NCBI RefSeq assembly: GCF_001194135.2 | Contig: NC_068982.1 | Span: forward strand, 51,619,591-51,683,590 | From: Octopus bimaculoides | Taxonomy: Eukaryota | DNA length: 64,000 nt | Reading direction: 5' to 3' | Made by a program: the position numbers and the translations under genes | Notes under the pieces: generated by a model | Told to the model about the DNA's origin: nothing | Database searches by the model: none | What the model saw: only the letters and a program-made list of their open reading frames with translations | Shown: piece after piece, positions 63,683 to 64,000 of the stretch | Numbering within the stretch: position 1 is the stretch's first letter | Layout of the letters: each line of letters starts with the position of its first letter

Positions 63683-64000
63683 AAAACGAAGAGCGCGATT
63701 TTAGATGTTTTATTTTTTGAACAACATTTCGACAGAACGTCTGTTTTTCTTAAGTTCAAACCAAAAGGTGATTGAAAATTCAAAATTTCAGAAACCAAAC
63801 GTAAACTATGAATGTGAGTAATCAGCGTTCATATGTTGATAGAATGACATCATCAGCTTTTGTCAGTTTTTTAATAAGCAGAAAGAAAGAAAGAAAAAGG
63901 AAGACGACAGAAAAAGAAAAAAAGAGAGAAAGAAGAATATTCAATCAAACAGTTTTGTATAAATTTGATGATATTCTCCTGTCATCTTATTCATTCCTCC
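63683..64000. promoter_or_regulatory. CpG-retaining non-repeat patch, possible unmethylated promoter or first-exon region
   Basis: About 8 CpGs in ~230 bp of non-repeat DNA against near absence in other unique DNA. A +-strand ATGAAT|gtgagt donor lies at ~63813. Confidence 0.3.

Noticed and set aside
1-64000. CRISPR arrays, rRNA genes, operon-like systems
   Set aside because: None seen. The sequence is eukaryotic intronic or intergenic DNA, and regularly recurring motifs are explained by SINE copies.

Overview
AT-rich eukaryotic DNA with three assembly gaps. The repeat content (tRNA-derived SINE families with CA/TA/ATT tails, RTE and CR1 LINE remnants, Tc1/mariner copies, TTAA- and hAT-type MITEs) matches what I recognise from Octopus genomes, so an octopod cephalopod is the likely source (recognition, not a database result). 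Roughly a third of the window is interspersed or simple repeat. The only long, clearly proteinaceous ORFs are transposon-derived: a Tc1-type transposase (6338-7652, -), an RTE reverse transcriptase fragment (12481-13246, -), an Hsmar1-like mariner (38511-39720, -) and a second mariner family (13835-14185, 48693-49440). Older repeat copies have lost most CpGs, which suggests the window lies in methylated gene-body DNA. A CpG-retaining patch appears in the last 300 bp. I found phase-compatible chains of short GT-AG exon candidates on both strands, but I could not name the protein, and some are probably chance in such AT-rich DNA. I cannot claim a new biological system. The best leads are: (1) near-perfect inverted repeats that would give long dsRNA in a lineage with very high ADAR activity; (2) several insertions copied from nearby DNA (templated insertions or fold-backs at microhomologies); (3) a Tc1 element with DD36E rather than DD34E spacing. 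Repeat boundaries are approximate unless TIR/TSD coordinates are given.
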